A stretch of 64,000 nt of DNA from Octopus bimaculoides (Eukaryota): the NCBI RefSeq assembly GCF_001194135.2, contig NC_068997.1:4989256-5053255 (forward strand). The letters run 5' to 3'. This document shows, piece by piece, positions 1-11,980 of this stretch. The position numbers were made by a program, and so were the translations under genes. Positions within the stretch are counted from its first letter, which is position 1, and each line of letters begins with the position of its first letter. Under the pieces are notes generated by a model. The model was given only the letters and a program-made list of their open reading frames with translations, made no database searches and had not been told where the DNA came from.

Positions 1-790
1 ATAATTCTCTGCTCGCTCCATTTTCCAGGCCTGTTTTTTGCTTTTATAACACTGTCAACCTCCTTGCTCCACCACCATGTCACCCTTATTCTAGCTGGGA
101 CTTTGCACCAACCACAGATTTCGTCCGTAACCCTCAGTAGATTGTCCCGCAGGAAATTCCAGTTGTCCTCTAAGCTATATGTCCCCCAACTCTGCTTCTC
201 TTTCGTCAGAAGCTTCCATTAGTAAATCTCTAAATTTTTATCTGTTTGCTGGGTCTTTGAGCTTCCATAGTCTTCTTTTCCAGATTGGTTTATTTATCTG
301 AGTCTTTCTAGCTCTAATTCTGAAGTCACTGACTAGTAGCCTATGTTGGGTTGACACTCTTCACCTGGGAAAGACTTTGCATTTTTAAGCACTCATCTAT
401 CTCTTTGTCTGGTGAGGAGGTAGTCAATCTGCCTTATGTGCTCACCAGACTGATAAGTGATTAGGTGGACAGCTGGTTTTTTTGAAGTTAGCGTTGCAGA
501 TCATGAGATCATTTGCATCACAGAACTCCAGCAGTCTTGTTCCCTCCTCATTTCTAGATCCAAAACTATAGCCCCCATGCACTCCCTGGAATCCATGGGG
601 AGTGCTGTCCAACATGTTCATTGAAGTCACCAGCCACAATAACAAAGTCTGTCTTTTGTCTTTGAAGTGGTCTGCAAAATGGCATCACTCTGACATTTCA
701 ACAATCTCTCCACTCCTTCCTTTCATTGGGTCAACATTGATGGTAGCAGCCCTGAGATTGAGTACTTGGGAGTGGTGGTGGTAAGGTAGT
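1..790 (-). mobile_element. RTE-type LINE fragment (apurinic endonuclease region), degenerate
   Basis: ORF 442-645 reads GGYSFGSRNEEGTRLLEFCDANDLMICNANFKK, typical of the RTE endonuclease; the same family recurs at 52790-53050. Confidence 0.8.
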
Positions 791-1434
791 TGTGGAAATG
801 TTGTTATCACCTGACATGAAGATCTGCCAAGACGCCTGCCAGCTTGCATAGAGCTTTGTTACTGACCTTATTCTGTGAATTACAATGAATGGCAGTTTCC
901 CCCACCTCATCCAACATCTAGAGCAAGAGCCAACAAGTGGGTATGAGAATAGGGTAGTTACATAGAGCAGTTTAAGTATTATATGTCTAAATATTCATAT
1001 ATGAGGTACCTTTAACTGTATATGATACTCACCAGGGCATGTGTATGAGGACATGAGGGTATACTCAAAATATGTATTCACATACACAGCACATGAGATG
1101 TATGAGTTGCCAGGTGAAAATGTTAATGTATCAATTAAAATGGTGGTGCGGGAGGGACAGTGGGCATAATGGGTGTGCAAAATGGACGTTAAGCACAGCC
1201 CTTTTGCAAACTAAGCTTTACACACCACATGGCTAGTCGGGCTCAGAAGAAAGCCATAGTATTTAATAACAATTATTCTTATCATTAAAATATTAATACT
1301 AAATTAATATACTTGTACATTTTAATCGTTAAATTTATCACATAAGCAATGTGAGGGGTTCCGCTGAAATTGAAATGAAATGAAATTACATGTGGCCTTG
1401 GCAACTAAATATTGAAAATGGGGGAATTCTAGAT

Positions 1435-1755
1435 TCAGGCACCTTGGGCAAGTGTCTTCTACTATAGCCTCGGGCCGACCAAAGCCTTGTGAGTGGATTT
1501 GGTAGACAGAAACTGAAAGAAGCCCATCGTATAAATGTATATATATATGTATGTTTGTGTGTGTTTGTCCCCCCAACATCGCTTGACAACCGATTTTGGT
1601 GTGTTCACATCCCTGTAACTTAGCAGTTCGGCAAAAGTGACTGATAGAATAAGTACTAGGCTTACAAAGAATAAGTCCTGGGGTCGATTTGCTTGATTAA
1701 AGGTGGTGCTCCAGCATGGCCACAGTCAAATAACTGAAACAAGTAAAAGAGTAGT
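1435..1755 (+). mobile_element. SINE family A (octopus-type, CORE-like GGGCAAGTGTCTT segment)
   Basis: Body ccttgggcaagtgtcttctactatagcc...ccagcatggccacagtcaaataactgaaac matches copies at 7800-8075, 54355-54790 and 62250-63165. Confidence 0.8.
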
Positions 1756-2027
1756 AGTAATAATAACTTAGCTGTTGACTTAGAAAGAGCAAGGGAGTTG
1801 TAGATTCATGAAATGGCATCGAAGGAATAGAACGATATTTGGGAATGTATTTTAAATATACGACAGACATTGGGGAAGAACGTTGAGAGCACAGCCCTTT
1901 TGCAAAATTAAGCATTACGCACCACATAGCTAGTCAGGCTCAGAAGAAAAGCCATTGTATTAAAATAATACTTATTATGGATAAAATATAAATGTTTGCT
2001 AAAGTTGTCTTTTCTTTTTGTTCTCAG

Positions 2028-2188
2028 AAAAATCCCGAGCATATTACCACAGGTGTAAATACAGGAAGGCAGCATTGTGTGGCACCTATGCCTATGGAGT
2101 AGCCCTTGGTGGATTAATATGTACTACTATTTTGTTGCTTCTGATTGCGGCACTGTTAATCTGGAGTACTGTACCTTATGTTGAATAA
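2028..2188 (+). CDS. Probable terminal coding exon of a CD225/dispanin-family (TMEM233/PRRT-like) membrane protein
   Basis: Acceptor ttttctttttgttctcag|, phase-1 open frame KSRAYYHRCKYRKAALCGTYAYGVALGGLICTTILLLLIAALLIWSTVPYVE* (TAA 2186-2188). The S...Y....Y..A...G..A..VA register followed by a C-terminal TM helix matches the CD225 second half. Confidence 0.62.
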
Positions 2189-2502
2189 GATGAATCTCTT
2201 GTGGAATTAGGACAGAGAGAAAGAGAAGACCTTCCCCTATTCCCTTCTTCATGAACAATACGTATCTATATACATTCAAGCGTGTGTATATACACACATA
2301 TAAACACAGGAAAAGTAGCCTATTTATACATATGTATATATAATTCATTAAACCTGAGACTTCATTCAATTTGTAGCAATGATAGAGTAATGACTTAGCG
2401 TCAAAGAAATAATGTGTGTATAGTTATAAGAATTTTTATTAGAAACATCAAACGATACAAAATAATTGTTTTAGCAGTAGAACTCAAAGTAGATAAAGCT
2501 AT

Positions 2503-2503
2503 A

Positions 2504-2580
<77 letters not shown>
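2503..2580. repeat. (TA)n microsatellite, representative of dozens of TA/CA/GA/ATT/CAT/GTT/TATG tracts in the window
   Basis: Direct inspection; most N gaps are bordered by such tracts. Confidence 0.98.
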
Positions 2581-3569
2581 GATTACTGCTCTGTCCTTTA
2601 GAGTGGGCTTCTTTTGGGGATTTATGATCCACTGATGAGATATATATATTTATTTATATATGTCTTATTCACACACACACACACACACACACACCCATAT
2701 ATATATATACACACACACACACACACCCATACTATGTACCCTGCACTAAAAGAATTCTACTGACAAGTTTCATAAATGGAATTGAGACCAGGTATTGCAA
2801 TCAATCCATCAAAAGTAACCAGCTTTTATAATGTAGCTTCTTTCTCTTCTTTTTTCTATCCTCCAAATCTTACCTCAAATATGGTTCTGATGACATTGAA
2901 ATCATATTCATTGACATTACCTAAATGATGACATTTTTACATTAGAAATATTTTAATTTAATTTAAAATAATTTTTGTTTTTATTTTTTTACTATTCTAA
3001 TTAAGATAATTACAAACATTAATAATATACTAAATTCTTTTGTGAAGCAAAATTATATTTTTATTATTAAATTTTGAAACATTCCAGTTTGTGTTATAAA
3101 CTTTAGCTGCCATTCTTATAAGACACTTTGTAATTTTTCATCATCCTCATCATCAGCCAGGTCAGCTTCAAATTATATCCTAATGTCTTCAGAAATAAAT
3201 TATCTTTTGATAAGACAAAAGGTAGAACACCTTGGGTCATAAGTTTATTTGATCAGAGTTGACCTGGACTAAACAACAAAACTGCATTTTTTTCTGTTTT
3301 TTTCTTTTTCTTTTTGTGATGGGCACCAAATAAGCTTGATTAAATCAAATCATTAAATACTGTATCATCAATGTTTGGTACCAATGATTTAGAATGTTTA
3401 TGTTGGAATGTCAGTATCAAAATCCTGATTATATCCTGTTGACATGACATGATGGGTCTGTCTAACAGAACATCTACATAATGTATAAACAACATATACA
3501 TACATATATATACACACACTAATCACCACAGACACATATATCTATCTATCTATATATATATATATATAT

Positions 3570-3712
3570 AGTGGTTGGCGTCAGGAAGGGCATCCAGCCA
3601 TAGAAACCATGCCAAATCAGACTGGGGTCTGGTACAGCCCTTCAGCTTGCCAGTCCTGGTCAAACCATCCAACCCAAGCCAGCATGGACAATGGATGTTA
3701 AATGATGATAAT
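3570..3712 (+). mobile_element. RTE 3'-tail-derived repeat ending in (GAT)n
   Basis: ggaagggcatccagcc...ggatgttaaatgatgat is the same family as the tail of the RTE at 16130-16513; other copies at 27824-28225(-), 30065-30275, 31126-31335, 36640-37070, 58080-58378. Confidence 0.85.
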
Positions 3713-4062
3713 ATATGTATATATATCATTCCCATCAAGTATGTTGTTGCTATCAAGAACTGTTGTCATCTTACATTTCAGAAATGTTGAGGTTAATTGT
3801 TTGAGGTGCCACTCTGCTGCAGACATAACTCATTTTCAGCTGAGTGGACTGGAGCAATGTGAAATGAAGTGCTTTGCTTAAGGATACAATGTACTACCTA
3901 GTCTGAAAACTGAACCTATGAGCTGACAATCATAAATTCAGTTGCCTAATCACTTCTCTGTGTGCCTTCACTCTCTATATACATTTGTGTGTGTATATGC
4001 ATATATATACATACATACATTCATACATACATATACATACACACACACACACACATAGGGAG

Positions 4063-4174
4063 AATTCACAAAAATAAAAATAAAAGACGAAGACAGGTGG
4101 TGTAGACAACAAACAGATGTATTAGTATAACGCTTGGGAAGTGAAAAAGTATTTAACGTTTCAAGCCTACACTC

Positions 4175-4178
<4 letters not shown>
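4063..4178 (-). mobile_element. Penelope-like terminal repeat remnant carrying a minimal hammerhead-like motif
   Basis: Reverse complement reads TGAAGAGTGTAGGCTTGAAACGTTAAATAC, homologous to 34838-34975; abuts (TA)n. Confidence 0.6.
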
Positions 4179-4238
<60 letters not shown>

Positions 4239-5308
4239 ATACACATACATTCATACACTCATGTGTGCTCATAGCTCATAACCTTATATGTGTACCAAAA
4301 GAGATGGTGAGATGGAGGCTGGTGTGGGTTGATGATAATTGAACATAGAAAGGGTGAACATATAGTTCTATAGGGGTCAAGATATGTTCATTGGTTCCTG
4401 TAAGGTATGATACTTAAAAAGATGGTAAATTACACACAAATGTTAGGCTGCACAAACAAGAGAAAGAAAACCCAGTTCACATAGTAAATTAATTCAGAAG
4501 CAGCTAATGATTCACTGTCACTTCTCTCATTTTTAATTATTTGTTGTAAAAAAAAAAAAATATTAAAAAGATATACTATTCAAATTTTTCTTGTAGAAAT
4601 AAATAACCAATTTCAATTTTTTTAATCATAAAAAAAAAAGCTATACATATAAATAATTGAAAAGTGTTTTAAACGTTTTACCCAAACAAATTTCTTTCCA
4701 TGTCATATAAATTGATGGAATTTTAAAAGTGAGTCAAAACTAGATGATATTGTTTGAAACCCCAAGACATTTATATTTCACTTATTTTTCTATATAACAA
4801 TAGTTTGTATCTCTTTGTATTTTTGTACCTTTTGGTTGAGTTTTCTTCATATATCTATCAAGTCATTTATATAATGGAGAATCTTGTCAATAAAAAGATG
4901 AATATTTTTAAATCCTACTTGGTTTTGTTTTTAATGCTTATGTTAGCATATTAGTTTTGAAAACAATGAAAAATTTAATAAAACAACTTTGTCATTATTA
5001 AACTGGTGTTTGGAACATGAATAAACATGAAACTTTGGTAGAAGGTTTTAACTTAAAACACTTTAAAACACAAAGTTGGTATCTTACAACCAGAAGCAGT
5101 TTCAGGTGAGTTAGCACCAAGAGTTAAACTCTGATTTTTCCATTAATGTTGTTGTGTATCTCTATGTCAGCTCTGAACTAGCAGACCTATGATCACCAGT
5201 CTTCCAGTGCCATTTTCACAGCCATAATGTATCTACATTACACAATATGTCCTTTTTCTTTCTCAATATGACTGTAAAATGTAATTTGAGGACGATTTAA
5301 TTGATATA

Positions 5309-6328
5309 TTGGGTTGGTAACTAAGTTCCCACCGTTTTTTTAAATTTTGGAATTTATTGCATTTTTAAATTTTGGAATTTATTGCATTTTTAAATTTTGG
5401 AATTTATTACTTTCAAGAATTCTATTTTTGAATCATTTTGTTTAGTTTTTTTTCCTAGTTACTTTTAGTTAATTTTTGTTTATTTTCAGATCATTAAAAT
5501 GGAATGTCAAGTTAAGAAAAACGAGCATTGTCGACACCTCCTTCTTTTTGTTTTTAATCAAGGTTCTAAGGCCGCAAAAGCTGTTTGCAACATTTGTGCT
5601 GTGTATGGAGAGGGTGCCATAGCTGAAAGAACCGCTTGTGATTGGTATGCCAAGTTCAAAAATAGAAATTTTGACCTCAAAGACGCACCTCATTCTGGCT
5701 GTCCAGTTGAGTTCGATGAAGAGTGATTAAACCAACTTTTGCATGAAAATTCTTGTCACAACAAGGGAAACAAGATCTTCATCCGTGTAAAACGATGTTG
5801 TGCGTATGGTGGGACTGGGAAGGGATTATCCATTACAAATTGCTTGAATGGAACCAAACGGTCCACGCAGAACTCTATGTTCAACAGATGGAATGACTCA
5901 ACATAGCTATTCAGGAGAAAAGACCTAATGAGCAGCATGGAGTTCTTCTGATGCACGACAATGCCCGCCCTCATATCACCAATATGACCAAGGAAGCCAT
6001 TCAAATGCATGGCTGGGAAGTGCTGCCACACCTGCTATACTCTCCTGATTTGGCACCAATGAATTTCCACCTCTTTCGAGCTCCTTCAAATGCTATGCGC
6101 GGAGTTTCGTTCAATCCTGATGCAGAATTGAGAGCTTGGTTGGATCAATTTTTCAAGTCGAAATCGGGTGATTTCTACCAACAAGGTATCAAAAATCTTG
6201 TTGAACGTTGGAAAGATGTTGTAAACAACAAGGGTGAATACATTATTGATTAATTAGTTGTTATTTTTTATTAAACCTTTAAAAAAATTTTAATTTAAAA
6301 ATCGGCAAGAACTTAGTTGCCAACCTAA
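5309..6328 (+). mobile_element. mariner element, internally deleted (1,020 bp), family 1
   Basis: TIRs ttgggttggtaactaagttccc / aagaacttagttgccaacctaa with TA on both sides; HTH ORF MECQVKKNEHCRHLLLF...; C-terminal HDNARPH...YSPDLAP; the WVPHEL/first-D region is missing. Confidence 0.93.
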
Positions 6329-7799
6329 TATTTAACAGTTGGAGCAGCCACATAGAAGCTCAGAGCTGGAATATTTTTGAGAAAGAAATCTTATTCAGGA
6401 CTAACCTGGGGCTAAAGAACAACTGTGACAGTAGAGTGAGCTACACGATCAATTGGCTTGCTAGAAATAACAGCCAAAAATATCATAACTTACTATCTTA
6501 TAAAAAAAAAAATTTACAGATTTTTTTTATGGATAATGCTGTCTGGGCATACAAAATGAAGAGATGGTCATGGCAAAATTGTCTTTGCTTATTGGTTTAG
6601 TTTATCAGGATTAAACCTGAGGCAGCTAACAACATTAACTCAAAAGTAACACTTTTGATGATGTTTCAATTTTTCCAAGTTCATTTGTGGGCTGGAACTG
6701 CCTACAAATTTTCAGGAATTTAACCATTTTCGAAACAATTCTTTTGTAATAGATGAAATATTAATTCTTTAAAACTTTCTTAATGATTTTTAACTGAAAT
6801 GATAGGAAGTACCATATTCCTTGAGATGGGAATAGACCATATGAGGGAGCTTCTATATGATCATTCGATCTATTTGAAATAGCAGCTAAATCTCCCTGAA
6901 ATCACACCCTTCTTAAAAATAGGATACACAGGACATTGTAGTCTTAAATATAAAAACAGCTTGAACAATCATAGTTGGAATGTCTTTGATCATAGGTCTG
7001 CTCATTCAAGGCAAATAAATGGTTCTTTTAATTTAGAAGAATAATGGGATTTTATAAAAAATTAAAGTTAATTGTATTTCACTAAAACTTTAATAGTGAA
7101 TAACGTTTTACATAATACAAAATTGACGCCAGTGAGGTCTTACATAGTTATCTCCCTTTGGTATACTCCTTTTTCAATCCACACCATTTGTAAATTATAC
7201 AATAATAATCAAATTTTTATTCCATAAAATAAAGCCAGCTGAGGCTTTCATATTGAAGATGGAATCATTTTCACAATATACAAAAAGAAATTATAACTAT
7301 GAAATATTCTGTAAAAAAAAAACAAAAAAAAAACGCTTGAATCTAATCACTTATCATTCTTTTAATATTTGCTTTCCACACTTGCATGGGCAGACAGAAT
7401 TTGTTGAGGCAGATTTTTTACAGCCTGATGCCCATTCTGTCACCAGACCACACCAGCTTCCCAGCAAGGTAATTTTTCTCCATTGTTAGTTATGTTTTTA
7501 CAAGAAATTGGATATGAAGGACACTACTTTATTTCATAAATTGGCCATACAGCCTTACAAAGATGTAGCTGTGGGCTGGACAAAGACACAAATGATAATG
7601 GAATGAAAAAAATGAAAAGATGGTTGGTGAGGGAAGCAGACAATGTCCGCCAATTGCTACTTCCCCAAAACATTGTTCTCTTTTTCTCAACACTAAATGA
7701 GGTATTGAACCTCTTACCAAAGTTGTAATCATCCTTACAAGTTGAGGCGCTGAGCCTCTTACCAAAAATAACAAATTCAAATTTCAAATCGAGGCACTA

Positions 7800-8075
7800 C
7801 GTGTTTCAGTCATAAAACTGTGGCCATACTGGAGCACTACTTTGAATTTTTAGTTGAACGAATAAGCCCCAATACTTCTTTTTTTTGAGCTAAGTTACAG
7901 GGACTCAAACACCAGTTGTCAAGTAGTGGTGGTGGGACAAACATAGACACACTTATATCTACCAAATCCACTCACAAGGCTTTGGTCGACCCAAGGCTAT
8001 AGTAGAAGACACTTGCCCAAGGTACCACACAGTGGGACTGAACCTGGAACCATGTGGTTGGAAAGCAAGCTTACC
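7800..8075 (-). mobile_element. SINE family A copy
   Basis: Reverse complement of the 1435-1755 family, including head aagcttgctttccaaccacatggttccaggttcagtcccac. Confidence 0.75.
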
Positions 8076-8299
8076 ACTAAAATATTTTGTGTATTGTAGA
8101 ATTATATCCAATTTATTGCACAAAATCTTATATGGACTCCAGTTGAGAACCACTGCTGTAGAACATAGCCTTGGGAACCCTAGTGTCCTTCCATGCAGTT
8201 TACATCTTTCACTTAACTGCAATTTCAGCAGGATAGACTTAATACTAGATATATTTACATACTAAAGGATCTCCTGGTTGAAAATGTCATCTCACCAAG

Positions 8300-8800
8300 A
8301 AATATTTATTATAAATCATAGCTGATGCAACTCGATCCTCATCAGCTTTTTGAAATGTCAACAATACAGTGTATAAGTCTCAGATGGATATAACAGACAG
8401 GATAGTATTACTGCTGTTAACTTTGCAGTTTTTGTTATAGTTTTATGCCATGTAGTTTCTACAATTGATCATTGAGTTTCCTGAAAGCAATCCCAGCCAG
8501 CAATATGTGATAATCCACTTCCATGTCCAGACTGTTGTCATCAGACATTACACAACTCAAATATGTGAACTTTTTAACCATGTTCAGTGGCTGATTTGCA
8601 ATCATCATGGTTAGAGGTTTATGTTCCTAAGCTCTGGGTTTAGGTGGTACAAGACTGTACTGTATTGACAAGCCAGACGCTAATGCCACATATTCAAATT
8701 GGTGTATAATTTTCTGGATCTCTTCTGTAGAATGAGCCACTAAGGCTGGCTCAACAGCAAAATGAAGTTGAAACAATACGTTTTGTGACATGAAAGAATT
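8300..8800 (-). mobile_element. Degenerate RTE LINE RT fragment
   Basis: Minus translation ...LVAHSTEEIQKII...KKFTYLSCVMSDDNSLDMEVD..., interrupted by stops. Confidence 0.6.
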
Positions 8801-9335
8801 TTCCCATTACTTTTTTTACTGGTTCCTGTCATTACACAGTGGTCATGTTGGGACAGCACCTTGAAGGCTTTAGTCAGTCAAATCAACCTCAGTACTAACT
8901 TTTTAAGCCGAGTATTTATTTTATTACTAATTTTCCAGACCACTGAGTTACAGGGAGGTAAAACAATTAACAGAAGTTGTCAAAGTGTTATGTAAAGACA
9001 AGATACTGACAGACAAACACAGATACACACACAAATATACTGGGCTTCCATACAGTTTTCATCAACGAAATTTACTCAGAAGATATTAGCCTGCTTAGAG
9101 TTATAGCAAGACACAAACCCAAAACCTGCAACTTCAAAGTGGTCTTTTTAACCACACAGCTGTGCTTGTAGAAAAAAAACAAAACACCACTCCTTCAAAA
9201 AAATTCAAATAATTCATAATAAATAATTTAAAGTTTTAATTCCAGTTTTTTTAAAAATAACATAATGAAAACAATAATAATGATAATCACTATTTGTACA
9301 AATAATAAAAATTCATTTGTTTTTTTCTCTTGTTA

Positions 9336-9427
9336 CTAAGAAGCAGATTCTTTCTTCTGACTATTTGGGAGCGCATCAAATTCATCGAGAAATTTCTCTT
9401 GGCGTACAGCTGTCATGGAATAGATAT
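9336..9427 (-). CDS. COA3: Cytochrome c oxidase assembly factor 3, coding exon 2
   Basis: After AG at 9429-9428: (Y)IYSMTAVRQEKFLDEFDALPNSQKKESAS* (TAG 9338-9336). The Y.YS....QE.FLDE motif continues the COA3 TM helix from exon 1 in the correct phase (T|AT). Confidence 0.93.
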
Positions 9428-9445
9428 CTTCAATTTGTTAAGGCA
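9428..9445 (-). promoter_or_regulatory. U12-type branch site (TGCCTTAAC) and 3' splice site AG
   Basis: Minus strand tttgCCTTAACaaattgaAG|; the U12 branch consensus is TCCTTAAC; it lies about 10 nt from the first downstream AG with no polypyrimidine tract in between. Confidence 0.88.
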
Positions 9446-11004
9446 AAAAAATTATTATTTCTGACTGAGGCACAAGGCTAGCAATTTTATGGAGAGGAGG
9501 TTAGTTAAATCAATCCAGGTACATAACTGGTACTTTATTTTATTCACCTTGAAAAAAAAACACACAAGACAAAGTTGACATCAGTGGGATTTGAACCCTG
9601 AACACGAGCTGGAAGAAATATCACAAAGCAATTTGTGTGACTATCTAACAACTCATGTGAATCCATCACAAGGCCAGCAAATTTGAGAGGAGGGACTTAA
9701 TTGATATCAGCAGCCCAAGAGGGATGAAAGGTGAAGTTGACTTAAGGAGGGATTTGAACCAAGAATGAAGAAAGCTGAAAGAAAAACCACAAATACTTCT
9801 TCCAATACTCTACCAACTCAGCTAACCACCACCCTCCATTCATTTCACTCCCTCTTTTCCATGCTAACATGGATTAAAACTGTTTCTGATTTAGGCACAA
9901 GGCCAGCAATTTTGGGGAGAATGGGGTTAGTTGATATGACTGACTTGACCAGTAATTTGTTTTATCAACTCTGGGAGGGTTGATAATCAGCAAGATTTGA
10001 ACTCAAAATGTTAGGTGAAAAATGTATTTTAAGGCATTTTTCTAACAGTTTAATGATTCAACCAATCCACCAACCTGGGTAAGAAATAATAACAACACTA
10101 AGGGGAGAGGTTTCAATACTTGACTGGAGCCCCAGAAGTATAAAAGATAAAGTTGACTTAGACAAGATTTGAACTAATTCCTACAAGCTATAATTGTTTG
10201 CTGTTCTGCTATTGTTAAAGAAAGGATAAATAAATAGCTGAGACACACCAGCTGTATGATAAAGTTCATCAGTTCAGATCTCACTGTTGCTTTTTGCCTT
10301 TGTTTCAGCAAAGTATTTAATAACACCAATTTATAACAATGACTAGTCTATAATTTTTTTTGTAGGAGGAGGAAGGGTTTCAATACTTGACTGGAGCTTT
10401 AGGATCATCATTTTCATATCTCACTGTTGCTGTTTTGCCATTGTGTTTCAGCAAAGCATTTAAATTTTTCTGGCTGAACAAGGTCAACTCCCTATTTCAC
10501 AGATGAGTGGTTAGGAGCAGAGAAGAAGCATCAAAGTGTGCACAGCATCAACGAGGGAACCTTCTTTTACAAGGAAGCATTCGATTATATAATCTGAGAG
10601 ACACTATGCCTGATTAAAGAGGGAGTGAGAATGGCTGAAATGCCTATGATCATAGCATTGGAGTTAAACATGATCAACAAAACTATCCACCATTTCACAG
10701 GTAAGTAATCAAACAAACAAAAGCAAAAAAAAAACAAACTTCATTCTATAAATTTACCACTCGCAGCACCCCATCCACCCTCACCTCCAATTTTCTTGGA
10801 CTCTGGTTTTCGCTTAAAAGAAGCCTATATATTGAATTCTTTACCTCAATCGGCTTAATAAGTAGGCTTCACTCTTATCACATGGTTTACTGTTGTTTAG
10901 CCCCAGGTCAATATTCCTTACACAGACCCATGTGTAAGGAATCCCACCTTTCTCTGAGATAGTGTATTAGGACAACTGAATTTGTCTTTACTGTTTCATT
11001 TTAA

Positions 11005-11224
11005 CCCTTTAGCATTCAGATTACTTTGTCAAATATAATGGTTATTTATTCATATTGCTTTGAGTTAATGATGCTTTGTCTTGTAGCTTTGAGATTCTGA
11101 TGATGTGATTGTTTATTTTTAGAAAGACAGTGTAGAATAGGTGTGAGAGGCTGGATACGACCACTTTGAACATAAAATGGGTAGAATATTTTGGTTGGAT
11201 ATGGCTGGTTTAAGTGCTAAAGGG
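11005..11224. mobile_element. piggyBac-like MITE (220 bp)
   Basis: TTAA at 11001-11004 and 11225-11228; TIR ccctttagca / tgctaaaggg; a decayed second copy at about 29758-29982. Confidence 0.8.
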
Positions 11225-11639
11225 TTAAGACAGTAGGGCATGAAGGTGATTTGAGTATATCTTCAGATACAGTATGTCTGAAATAAAGAACATAGTCATA
11301 ACTGGAATACCTTGATCACAAGTCTTCAGGATCAGGTCTGGTCCAGGGTTAAACAACAACAAAGTAATGCTATCATTTCCTATCTTAATGCCTATATAAG
11401 AATTTCTGGCATTCCTCAACTATATAGTGGGAGAAAACTTTTCTCTCTCTGCATAAAATGTAATCAATGTTGAGCAAATCTCCACCACCAAAGAAAACAA
11501 TCAGTGTAAGGACAATGTTTCACCCCTATGACCCAGTACAAGGACCAGTTCTCACTCCCTTAAGAAACAAATGTCTGTGAATAACCCAGGAACCTTATTC
11601 CATCTATTCATTCATCCATCTTCTCCTAGGAAGGTCATG

Positions 11640-11980
11640 GAGAGTTCTTGAGTTCCTCCTCCATAGGGTCCTATTAGAAACAACTATCATTGAGATTTTC
11701 TGGCTGGATTCCCAAGTGCAACCAACTGAGACTATAGGTATTATCCAATCATCTTGTTCTTAACCTACACCTAGGTCTTCTGCCAGTTGGCTTGAAGAAT
11801 CCATCTTGCAATTCTTTCCTGTGACATTCTAATCAACGTGTCCATAGTGTCAGAACCATGACCTCTCAATATGTAGTGGCTTGACCCAGAGAGGTTCCCT
11901 AATCTCCAAGCTATGCATCCTGTCAAATAATGTTACTCCAGAGACCCCTCAAAGAAACCCCATTTCAGCTGTTTGCTTCT
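11640..11980 (-). mobile_element. Degenerate RTE-like LINE 3' fragment
   Basis: Minus translation contains ..FFKPTGRRPRCRLRTRWLDN.., like the RTE C-terminal G.RPRGRPR.RW.D motif. Confidence 0.5.

Noticed and set aside
1036-1113. 78-nt plus-strand exon candidate (HVYEDMRVYSKYVFTYTAHEMYELP)
   Set aside because: Weak acceptor and donor, and not the CD225 first half expected upstream of 2028
2626-2645. CTGATGAG hammerhead core
   Set aside because: No stem II/GAAA/stem III follows; it runs into TA repeats
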